Below, piece by piece: positions 38,371 through 47,100 of a DNA stretch of 64,000 nucleotides. Within the stretch, counting starts at the first letter, position 1, and the number at the start of each line of letters is the position of its first letter. Source of the DNA: Candidatus Omnitrophota bacterium (GTDB taxonomy: Bacteria; Omnitrophota; Omnitrophia; Omnitrophales; Aquincolibacteriaceae); NCBI GenBank assembly GCA_035368605.1, contig DAOSLF010000004.1, forward strand, positions 29,388 through 93,387, in the 5' to 3' direction. A model generated the notes under the pieces. That model was not told the origin of the DNA, did not search any database, and was given only the letters and a program-made list of their open reading frames with translations. The position numbers and the translations under genes are program-made.

Positions 38371-38898
38371 TCAGACAACCTTCGTGAGGGCATCCGGGAC
38401 TGTCTTTCCGACGCTCACAAACCCGTGATCCTTCAGGATCGCAAGGTCATGGTTTTTCAGGACCTCTACGGCGGAACGGGCGAATTCCGGCGTTCCGTAA
38501 GGATAGATCTTTCGGGTCGCGATCGCGCCTTTCAGGTCGAGCGTGTGCGCGTGCAGGATCACCGAAATATCTTTCCGGGCGGCGTAGATTAAAAAATGCA
38601 TCATCGCTTCCGAACTCGGGTCCCCGTCCCCGGCCGCGAAGACCTTCTTCCCGGCGATATCGACGTCCGTAACGAGAACAAAATCTTCCCGCGTGAGGCT
38701 TCCAAGCCGGGAACCCGCGCGAGTAATCACAAAGCCGCCGACATACCGAAAGCTCATGTTTCCACTGTTTTCCGGGCAGAAGCCTCGCGCGGAAAGATCT
38801 CTACCGGCACGGATCAGTTCTCCGATCCGCGGATCATCGATCGGCTCCTCGGGAAGCCTCACGATCTCGAATTTTACGCCGACATAATTTTCAGCCAT
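38371..38898 (-). CDS. Class II aldolase/adducin-family protein.
   Basis: 175 aa. Signature segments NSGNMS, ITRAGS, PSSEAMMHFLIY and ILHAHT, including the metal-binding His pair. Confidence 0.7.
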   Translation of the reverse strand: MAENYVGVKFEIVRLPEEPIDDPRIGELIRAGRDLSARGFCPENSGNMSFRYVGGFVITRAGSRLGSLTREDFVLVTDVDIAGKKVFAAGDGDPSSEAMMHFLIYAARKDISVILHAHTLDLKGAIATRKIYPYGTPEFARSAVEVLKNHDLAILKDHGFVSVGKTVPDALTKVV

Positions 38899-38979
38899 AT
38901 CGCCTACGTTATCCGCCGGATGCCGGCTTTGGCAAACGCTTTTTTCAAGAGCCCGGGCCTTGTTCTGAAATCAGGCCTC

Positions 38980-39004
38980 ACGAAATATTTTATGAAATAT
39001 TTTT
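38980..39004. repeat. Tandem direct repeat of a 12-nt A/T-rich unit in the aldolase-uppP intergenic region.
   Basis: ACGAAATATTTT followed by ATGAAATATTTT, in an otherwise GC-rich 286-nt intergenic gap upstream of the class II aldolase gene. Confidence 0.45.
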
Positions 39005-39184
39005 CTGCCGCCCGACCTCCGGGATCACGGCCCGTACGCCGGAATGCCTGCGGAGCGGCCGCAGACGTGAAACGGGACCTGCGCCCTGGTCTTGCAGAAC
39101 GCCGACGGGTCAGAGATGACGGTTCCGGACAGCTTCGCCCTTCGCCTTCTCCAGGGCAACGATCTTCAGGGACAGGGAACGCGT

Positions 39185-40042
39185 TCAGGTCAGTTCAAGA
39201 ACGATGAACAGCACGAGACTCAGCAGGAGACAATAATAGCCAAAAAGGAAGAATCGGGCCTGCTTGATGATGGCCATCAGCCAGGCGATCACGAGATATC
39301 CCGTCACCGCGGCGACCACGAAACCCACGAGGATTTCCCAAACCACGCGGCTCACCTCGCGGAGCCCTTCTTCGATATCCAGGACGATCGCACCGAGGAT
39401 CGCGGGAATGTAGATGAGAAAAGAGAATTTGGCGGCATCGTCGCGTTTAATGCCCAAGATCATGGCGGCGAGGATCGTGCTTCCCGAACGCGAGATGCCC
39501 GGGAACAGGGCCACCGCCTGCGCAACGCCGATCATCAGGGCCCGTTGCCACCCCATCTCGAACATCGTCTTCTTCCCGTCGTGGAACTTGAGGCTCGCGA
39601 GCAGCGCAATCCCCATGATCATCCACGCGGCCGCCACGAAACGGATATCCCCGAACGCGGCCTCGACGAAACTTCTCCCGCCGATAGCCATGACCCCCGT
39701 CGGGATCAGCGTGATCAGGATATAGATCCAAAGCCGCGGGAAGGCCACCGGAGCGCGGAAAGCAGGGTTCTCCTCATGGACCACGACGTCCCGTTTGCCG
39801 CCGATGAACTCATAAAGACCGGCAAGAACTCCCCATATCTCCGCGCGGAGATAGACGAACACCGCTATCAGGGTTCCCGCGTGAAGGGCGATATCAAAAG
39901 AGATCATCGGCTCTTTCATCCCGAAAATATTCTGAAAGAGCACGAGATGCCCGCTGCTCGAAACGGGAAGGAATTCCGTCAATCCCTGGACGAGACCAAG
40001 CGCAGCCGCCTTGAGGAGTGAAAAACCGAAAACAGGATCCAC
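39185..40042 (-). CDS. uppP: Undecaprenyl-diphosphate phosphatase.
   Basis: UppP/BacA motifs LGLVQGLTEFLPVSSSGHL and later PGISRSGSTI. 8 TM helices. A GTG start at about 40040-40042 is preceded by AAGGGAG. The track ORF extends 54 codons upstream. Confidence 0.85.
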   Translation of the reverse strand: MDPVFGFSLLKAAALGLVQGLTEFLPVSSSGHLVLFQNIFGMKEPMISFDIALHAGTLIAVFVYLRAEIWGVLAGLYEFIGGKRDVVVHEENPAFRAPVAFPRLWIYILITLIPTGVMAIGGRSFVEAAFGDIRFVAAAWMIMGIALLASLKFHDGKKTMFEMGWQRALMIGVAQAVALFPGISRSGSTILAAMILGIKRDDAAKFSFLIYIPAILGAIVLDIEEGLREVSRVVWEILVGFVVAAVTGYLVIAWLMAIIKQARFFLFGYYCLLLSLVLFIVLELT

Positions 40043-40053
40043 AGGGGCTCCCT

Positions 40054-40344
40054 TTATCTCGCCTGGGTGGTCGTTCGGATATTCTGTTCGATCGTCTTCG
40101 CGGGCGTCGTTTCCCGGAGTGACGGCGCGGGCGCGGCCGGCGCGACATAGAACTCTTCGCCGGTCACCTCGGGAGCGGCCACGGCGGAAGTCGTTCCGCT
40201 GCAATCATGGAAAGGGATGCCAAACGGAGTGAAATATTTCCGCGTGCATTCCTGCCCTTTATCGTTCTTGTATTGGGTGACGACACATCCCGGGAAAAAC
40301 ACCGTGATAAGAACCGCCAAAGAAACCGCCCGGGTTCTATTCAT
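40054..40344 (-). CDS. Small Pro/Ala-rich lipoprotein (hypothetical).
   Basis: 96 aa. Signal peptide with lipobox VFFPGC. Pro/Ala-rich low-complexity middle (YVAPAAPAPSL). Confidence 0.55.
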   Translation of the reverse strand: MNRTRAVSLAVLITVFFPGCVVTQYKNDKGQECTRKYFTPFGIPFHDCSGTTSAVAAPEVTGEEFYVAPAAPAPSLRETTPAKTIEQNIRTTTQAR

Positions 40345-40401
40345 ATTGGTCTCCGTTCTTGAACTCCCATATCCAACGCTTTGGTTCGTTTGAACAAGAA
40401 C

Positions 40402-40644
40402 TTATTTTTTCACGTAGCGCATGGCCCGTTCCGTCGAAGTCTTCGCAACCGTGGTGGGTTCTTCCGGAGCCTGGACAACCGGTGCCGGTGCTGAGACCAC
40501 GGGCGCGGGTTTCGCGACTACCGTCACAGGAGCTACATAGGTGCCGCAGTTCGAGCAGCCTTTATCCTTACTTTTGCACGCCGATGCGCATCCCGCAGCA
40601 ACCAGCGCAATCAACACAAAAACCAACGGCCTCAAGAACGTCAT
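40402..40644 (-). CDS. Small Pro/Ala-rich lipoprotein (hypothetical), paralogue of the adjacent gene.
   Basis: 80 aa. Lipobox LVAAGC. Cys-rich KGCSNCGTYVAP. Repeated APxxVV units. Confidence 0.55.
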   Translation of the reverse strand: MTFLRPLVFVLIALVAAGCASACKSKDKGCSNCGTYVAPVTVVAKPAPVVSAPAPVVQAPEEPTTVAKTSTERAMRYVKK

Positions 40645-40659
40645 GGTGATTCTCCTTTG

Positions 40660-41715
40660 TTAAAGAAACTGCTTCATTTTGTTTTTTTGAAGTTCAGCAA
40701 CGATTTTCCGGATCTCTTCGGTCTCGTCCATCGGACAGACCAGAATGGCATCCTCCGTCTCGATCACAACGTGATCTTTCAGCCCCACGGCCGCGATCAG
40801 TTTTCCCCGTGATTTTACGAAATTTCCGGAGGATTCCACAAGTAAAGTCTTGCCGGCCGTGACATTCCCGCTTCGGCCTTGCGCAAGAAGTTTCGCGAGC
40901 GAGGCCCATCCCCCGACGTCGTTCCAGCCCATCGACACGGGCATGGTCAGAATCCGCCCCGGAATCTTCTCCATTAATCCGTAATCGATCGAGATCGAAG
41001 GGACCCCGGAGAAAAGAGATTTGATCCTTGCGGCGCTCATTCCACCGGATGCGATCGAGGTCACTGTCCTAAAAACCTCCGGAAGAAATACCCGGGCGGT
41101 CTCCAGCAGGCAGTCGGCGCGCCAGACAAAAATCCCCGCGTTCCAGAGGAATTTCCCGGACGCGACATACTTCCGGGCCCTGGCCGCATCCGGTTTCTCA
41201 TGGAATTTTTTCAGATAAAAGATGTTTCCGGAGCGCTTCTCACCCATTTCCAAATAGCCGTAGCCGGTATGAGGCGCATCCGGACGAATCCCGAGCGTGA
41301 CCGGCATTCCCGTCGATCCCGCGGCGCGGAAGGCGGCACGGACAGTACGCGTGAAGGTCTTTTCATCGCGGATGTAATGATCCGCCGGAAAGATACCGAT
41401 CACCGCGGAGGGATCGCGGCGCATCAGGAACGAGGCGGCCCATACGGCGCACGGAGCCGTATTCCTGCCGACCGGTTCCCCGATCACCTGATTCGCTGGA
41501 AGCTTCAAAAGTTTTCGGGTCAGAGCGACCTTGTCGCGAGCGACAAAAACCACAACGCGGTCGCGGGGCACGGTCTTGAGCAGCCGATCGAATGTCTGTT
41601 CGAGGAGTGTTTTTTTGCCGAATAACGCGAGAAACTGTTTGGGGAGGTTTTGACGGCTCTCGGGCCAGAATCGGGTCCCACTCCCGCCCGCCATGATGAC
41701 CGCCCAGGCGCTCAT
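40660..41715 (-). CDS. manC: Mannose-1-phosphate guanylyltransferase.
   Basis: N-terminus MSAWAVIMAGGSGTRFWPESR...LPKQF is a sugar nucleotidyltransferase G-loop, followed by a beta-helix C-terminus. The start is taken at MSAWAV; the track ORF extends 29 codons further. Confidence 0.85.
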   Translation of the reverse strand: MSAWAVIMAGGSGTRFWPESRQNLPKQFLALFGKKTLLEQTFDRLLKTVPRDRVVVFVARDKVALTRKLLKLPANQVIGEPVGRNTAPCAVWAASFLMRRDPSAVIGIFPADHYIRDEKTFTRTVRAAFRAAGSTGMPVTLGIRPDAPHTGYGYLEMGEKRSGNIFYLKKFHEKPDAARARKYVASGKFLWNAGIFVWRADCLLETARVFLPEVFRTVTSIASGGMSAARIKSLFSGVPSISIDYGLMEKIPGRILTMPVSMGWNDVGGWASLAKLLAQGRSGNVTAGKTLLVESSGNFVKSRGKLIAAVGLKDHVVIETEDAILVCPMDETEEIRKIVAELQKNKMKQFL

Positions 41716-41881
41716 TCTTTCTCCCCAAAGGTTGCCCGGGCAGCCCCAATCTCCGCCCAAGCCTCTGCGTTGTTTTTTTTCTGACGGTGACCCGAAAGGC
41801 ACTGATAACCTTTCATTTGGACCACACGGGGATCAGGCGCCGCTTCGCTTCGATTGACCGGAACGGGGACCGTACAGTTCA

Positions 41882-43249
41882 TCAGCTCATCTCTTGAGTG
41901 AGCTTCCTGACTTCGTTCTCGACAATCGCACGGATCTCGTTCAGGCGTTTTTCGGTCTGGGCCTCGAAACGCATCACAAGCACCGGCTGGGTATTAGAGG
42001 CGCGAACAAGCCCCCATCCGTCAGGGAATTCCACCCGGGCGCCGTCAATGTCTACCACGTTGTAAAGTTTTTTGAAGTTCTCGACGGCCTTCGCGACCAC
42101 CTTGAACTTGATCGCTTCGGCGCAGTCGAAACGGATTTCGGGCGTCGAATAGAGGTTCGGAACATCCGCCAGAAGCGAGGAAAAAGGCGCGTTCACCTTG
42201 TCGGCGATCTCGAGGATGCGGCAGGCGGCGTAGATCGCGTCATCGAAACCAAGCCAGCGATCCTTGAAGAACATATGGCCGCTCATCTCGCCGGCCATCT
42301 CCGCGTGAACCTCTTTCATCTTGGCCTTTATCAGGGAGTGCCCCGTTTTCCACATCAGCGGCTTCCCGCCGGCCTTCGCGATGCCGTCATAGACCTGCTT
42401 GGAGCTTTTCACGTCCCCGATGATAATCGCCCCCGGCTTGCGACTGAGCAGCTCACGCGCGTAGATCAGCAGGAGTTTATCGCCATAGATGATCTCCCCT
42501 TTTTCATTCACGATCCCGATCCGGTCCGCATCGCCGTCAAAGGCGATACCGATATCGGCCTTCAGCTCAACGACTTTCTTCTGGAGATCGCGCATGTTTT
42601 CGGGAACCGAAGGATCGGCCTGGTGGTCCGGCATCTTCGGATCGAGGTTTCCGTAAAGGACGGTCAGGTCATGGCCAAAGCGGCGGATCAGGTCCGGGGC
42701 GACGGTAGCCCCCATCCCATGGCCCGTATCGATGACAACCTTGAGCTTCTTTGTGAATTTGAAAATGTCCGCGATATAGTCCTCATAGGCTTTCAAAAGC
42801 GCCGCGTTGTCGGGTGTCTCGACCTTGCCGGTCCCCGTCACGAAATCATTCTTTTCGATCAGGCCGCGCAACTTCTGGATATCCGCGCCGTAAAAGGAGC
42901 GTGTGGCATGCTGGAACTTGAAACCGTTCTCATCCGGAGGGTTGTGGGATCCGGTCAGGGAAATCCCGGCATCCATATCCCGGGTAGCGACATAAAAATA
43001 AACGACAGGGGTCGGGACAAGTCCGATCTGGACGACGGTAAGGCCGGTACTCGCGAGGCCTTGCGAAAGCCCCCGATAAAGGAATTCGGCGCTCCAGCGA
43101 TGATCATGACCGATCGCGACTTTGGTCTTGCCTTCCCGGACCAGTGTGGTGCCGAAGGCCTTGCCGATGGCGAGAGCCACCTCTTCGGTCAGTTCCTTGC
43201 CGGCTTTGCCGCGGATATCGTATTCACGAAAAATATGGGGAGGGATCAT
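41882..43249 (-). CDS. Phosphomannomutase/phosphoglucomutase (alpha-D-phosphohexomutase family).
   Basis: 455 aa. Active-site serine loop TGSHNPPDENGFK. Mg-binding FDGDADR. Sugar-binding loop. Confidence 0.9.
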   Translation of the reverse strand: MIPPHIFREYDIRGKAGKELTEEVALAIGKAFGTTLVREGKTKVAIGHDHRWSAEFLYRGLSQGLASTGLTVVQIGLVPTPVVYFYVATRDMDAGISLTGSHNPPDENGFKFQHATRSFYGADIQKLRGLIEKNDFVTGTGKVETPDNAALLKAYEDYIADIFKFTKKLKVVIDTGHGMGATVAPDLIRRFGHDLTVLYGNLDPKMPDHQADPSVPENMRDLQKKVVELKADIGIAFDGDADRIGIVNEKGEIIYGDKLLLIYARELLSRKPGAIIIGDVKSSKQVYDGIAKAGGKPLMWKTGHSLIKAKMKEVHAEMAGEMSGHMFFKDRWLGFDDAIYAACRILEIADKVNAPFSSLLADVPNLYSTPEIRFDCAEAIKFKVVAKAVENFKKLYNVVDIDGARVEFPDGWGLVRASNTQPVLVMRFEAQTEKRLNEIRAIVENEVRKLTQEMS

Positions 43250-43433
43250 GATTAACCTGTTGTCCGTTGAGAGTTACGCGAAGCTGGTGCGAGCCCCGGC
43301 TTCTATTCCATTTTGTCCAGAATGCCGGAATAGCTGTTCCAGGAACGTTGCAAGTTCTTTTCTCAAAGATCGCATTCACCGCGGGTGGTCTGCTTCACAC
43401 CGTCACGGTGACGCGGTTGTTTAACAAAAACAA

Positions 43434-43515
43434 TGCGAGCGAGAGGATTTGAACCTCCATGCCTTGCGGCGCCAGCCCCTCAAGCTGGTGTGTCTGCCAG
43501 TTTCACCACGCTCGC
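43434..43515 (-). tRNA. tRNA-Leu (anticodon GAG).
   Basis: On the minus strand: GCGAGCG-TG-GTGAAACTGGCAGACAC-A-CCAGC-TTGAGGG-GCTGG-CGCCGCAAGGCATG-GAGGT-TCAAATC-CTCTC-GCTCGCA. 7-bp acceptor stem, 3-bp D stem, long variable arm (type II), GGTTCAAATCC T-loop. CCA is not encoded. Confidence 0.8.
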
Positions 43516-43557
43516 ACGCTAATCAAGGATCAGACCGGATTCGCGCCTGCGCGCAAA

Positions 43558-43932
43558 TTAAACATCAGGTTTTTGTTTTTTCGCAGCCTTGGGCTTTGAG
43601 GACTTCAGCTTGTTGCGCTCGGTCTCAAGGACCTTTTCGATATCGTCATACTGGTCCTCAAGCTTCCTGATCTCACCGACGATCGCCTTGAGATCGGGGT
43701 CTTCGAGATTCACCGTTTCGCCCTTGCGAATCGCCCTGTCGTAGACCTTGCTTCCGAGCCGGGAGCAGGTCTTGGCGATCTGATGCTCCATCGTCGCCTT
43801 CTGGATCAGGAGTTTCGTCACACTGGCCGCCTCACCCGTTTTCTTCGCGACGATCTTCGCGTACTTTTTGACCATTTGGAAGGTCTCGTTGATGATTTTT
43901 TCGGACTTCGCGTAAAACTCTTTTTTATCCAT
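43558..43932 (-). CDS. Hypothetical coiled-coil protein (about 124 aa), lysine-rich C-terminus.
   Basis: MDKKEFYAKSEKIINETFQMVKKYAKIV...KLEDQYDDIEKVLETERNKLKSSKPKAAKKQKPDV. No recognisable catalytic motifs. Located immediately downstream of giant gene 2. The track ORF begins at a TTG 10 codons upstream. Confidence 0.45.
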   Translation of the reverse strand: MDKKEFYAKSEKIINETFQMVKKYAKIVAKKTGEAASVTKLLIQKATMEHQIAKTCSRLGSKVYDRAIRKGETVNLEDPDLKAIVGEIRKLEDQYDDIEKVLETERNKLKSSKPKAAKKQKPDV

Positions 43933-44121
43933 AGAGACCCTCACTGTGTCTTCCGGTTCCAAAGGAATTCTTTCAGGCGGAATTCAGACCCAAAAGGCAG
44001 TATGTTTTATCATATTTCATGAAGATATCAAGAGCAGAATTCCGAACCGGCACGGGATATGTCTTAGGGGGAAGGCTGAAATAACAGCAAACAACGTCCT
44101 TGCACATGCCACGACTACCCG

Positions 44122-47100
44122 CTATACAGACTTCTTCGGTTTTACTTCCACCTCAAACACCGTACCGCGAACACCGGTCAGCGCGGTAGGCGTACGCACT
44201 TCGAATTTCGATACACCTCTAAGGGGCTCAACCTTGGCGATCAGTTTACCGATCGCAAGGTCCAGCAATGTCGTATTACTATTACTGACGGGATCCTGTT
44301 CCATCTTCCGGATGCGGAACAAACTCCCGCCCTTCAGCTCGATCTTCCCGACCTTGCCACCGTCGAGTGCCAGCACCACGGAATCACGGCCGGCCGTCTT
44401 GACCTCATCTCCCGGCAAAAGGACCATGCCATCCTCCGCCGCGATCCAGTCCCCTCCGCGATTCTTCACAAATACATCCCGCCCGGGATTCTTGAGAGTC
44501 CCATAGAGGATCCCTTCGGGGATCGGATCCGGGGCCGCAGGCGTGGCGGCCTGAGGAGCTTCCTGCCGGCGGATAAACTCTTTTTCAATGCGCTTCGCCT
44601 CCTGTACGGCTATCTCCTCAGCGGAAGTGATCATTGGTTCGGGCTCAGCTTTTGCGGAAGCTGTCTTTTGTTCCGCCCGGTCCTGCTTGGATGTCAATTG
44701 CGAGGACATCCCTTTCTGGGCTTCAGCCAGCGAAAGAGCCTCCATCGCCCTCTTTTTAGCCTGGGCAAGTTTCCGTTTCTTATACATCACGCGATAAGTG
44801 TGCCCCCAATCCAGAAACTGAAGATGATCCCCGTTATCCAGAACGTACACTTTCCCTTCCCTGACATAAACATCCGTAATCAACTCCTCGCCGAGATCAT
44901 CCTGGTTCAGGATATTGTCCCAGGAAAAATGGCCGTTCAGAATATCATCGTCGACATTATCTCCCCGGATGTCATTGCGGGAATCATTACCGTCAGAAGG
45001 ATCGTCAGGGAGGTCCGGGTAGTTGCCCTGATCATCGCCACCAAGATTGATCCCGTCGCCTTCAATGGTCACAACGGCGGGATCCCCATCATCAACCCCC
45101 GGAGGATTCGTCCCGTTCCCGTTGGTTTCATCATCGATCGTATTGTCGATCGTGTTGTCGGTGCTATTCGTAGGGTCGCCAACGCCGGGTCCCGGGGGCG
45201 GGGGGGCCGCGGAGGTAATACTAACGCTAAGCCCTGTCGGCTGGGACACGGTATAGTTGTCTTTATCAAAACCGGACAGAGTGAAACCTGTCACGAGCAC
45301 CGACCATGTCCCCACATTCGCCTCCGCAGATGTCCCGGAAGCCAAACTCGAGTCCAACAAGACTTCATCGCCACCAATCCCCCCGACTAAAGCCGCCGTG
45401 GTGGTGTCCAACGTTACAGCGGTTGAACCATCGTAGATTTTATTGGCAACGCTGACCCCCGTGATCGTCAGCTCCTTCGCCGTGATATCCGCGGTCAATC
45501 CCGCCAAAGGAGCCACGGTGTAATTGGAAGCATCGGTCCCCGACAAAACAAGATCCGTCACGGTAACAGTTTTTCCATTCCCAACGCTCTTGTTTGCAAA
45601 GACGCCGGAGCCCAAACTCCCATCCAGTGAAACATCATCACCCCCGATCACTCCTGTGATCGAAGCACCGCCCGTGACAAGTTCCGCATTTACCGTCCCG
45701 TCATACACCTTGTTGCCGGCCGCGATCCCGGCAAGCGTTACAGCCTTCGCCGTAATGTCCGCGGTCACGCCCAATGATCCTACGCTATAATTAGAAGCAT
45801 CCGCCCCCGAAAGGCTGAGGCCGCTGATTAAAACGGCTTTTTCGATGCCAACGTTCTTGTTTACAAAGGTCCCCGTGATCCCCGAATCGTCCCAACTCAC
45901 AACATCCCCAGCCACAATACCCGTCAAGGAAGCGGTCCCTGCCACCGTAGCATCTGTCGTCGCGTCATACACCTTGTTGCTGGCAGTAACCCCCGTGATC
46001 GTCAGCTCCTTCGCCGTAATATCCGCAGTCGTCGTGTCCTGGTCCGTCACCGTGTAATTACCGAGATCCGCACCTCCCAAAACATTCGTCAACGTCACCG
46101 TCTTTCCCTCACCGACGTTCTTATTGTCAAACACGCCGTTAGACGAAACCGTCAACTCATCCCCCGCGATCATCCCCCCGAATGATGCCCCCGTCACAGA
46201 CACCTCCGCGCTCACGCCCCCGTCATACACCTTGTTGCCGGCAGTGATCCCGGAGAGCGTTACAGCCTTCGCCGTAATGTCCGCGGTCGTCGTGTCCGTC
46301 GAAGAACCGAGTGAATAATAAATGGCGTCATCCCCGGTGAGTGAAATTCCGCTCACGTTGACGGCTTTTCCCGTCCCGACATCCTTGCCATCCGCAAAAA
46401 CAGCATTGTAGCTGTAACCGATTTCATCATAACCGGAGAGTTTATCGTCCAGAAAACTCACGGTCGCCGAGGTCAGGCCGTCATACACCTTGTTCGTTCC
46501 CACAGCATCCGCGGTTAACAGGATCTTGGCCGCCCCGCGATCGATCGCCAGATTTCCAAACGTAAAATTGGCTCCACGGGTGTAGATCGTCGTCCCGGCG
46601 CCCGACGACCGGCCCAAATGAAGATCGTGATAGGTCTCATGATTGGGAAGGATCTGGTCGGTGTCAGACTGAAGGTTCAGCGTTCCTCCCGTCCAATCGG
46701 TCCTGGCCGCATTGACATCCGCTTCTTGATAGGTTGCGTTCGCACCCCTGACAGTCACGGTGTTCGCTCCGGAGACAAAGGAACCGTCCGTCACCTTGAA
46801 CTTTCCGCTTACATTCATTGCGCCCTGCAAGGTCCACTCCCCGCCCGAACCGGTGAAACTGATATTATAAAAAGCATTCTCCAATCCCCCAGTCGTGATC
46901 TGCTTCCCTGAGGCGCTCCCATCAAAAGTGACCGTCCCGGTCCCGGCGTTAAAGGTTCCGCTATTCATCCAATCCCCGGTCACATAAATATTGGCAGGGG
47001 CATTCAAAGTACCGCTGTTGACAAGACTCCCGGCAAGATCCACATCCCCACCCGGACTGAATGTCACCGCCGAGGGGATCCAAAGATCGACGCCATTCAC

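Noticed and set aside
41894-43255. 453-aa plus-strand ORF opposite the phosphomannomutase gene.
   Set aside because: Antisense artefact with no domain signature. The minus-strand gene has canonical phosphohexomutase motifs.
43250-43433. Palindrome GTCACGGTGAC upstream of tRNA-Leu as a regulatory site.
   Set aside because: Short 11-nt palindrome in GC-rich DNA. Likely chance or part of the tRNA promoter context. No supporting repeat elsewhere in the window.
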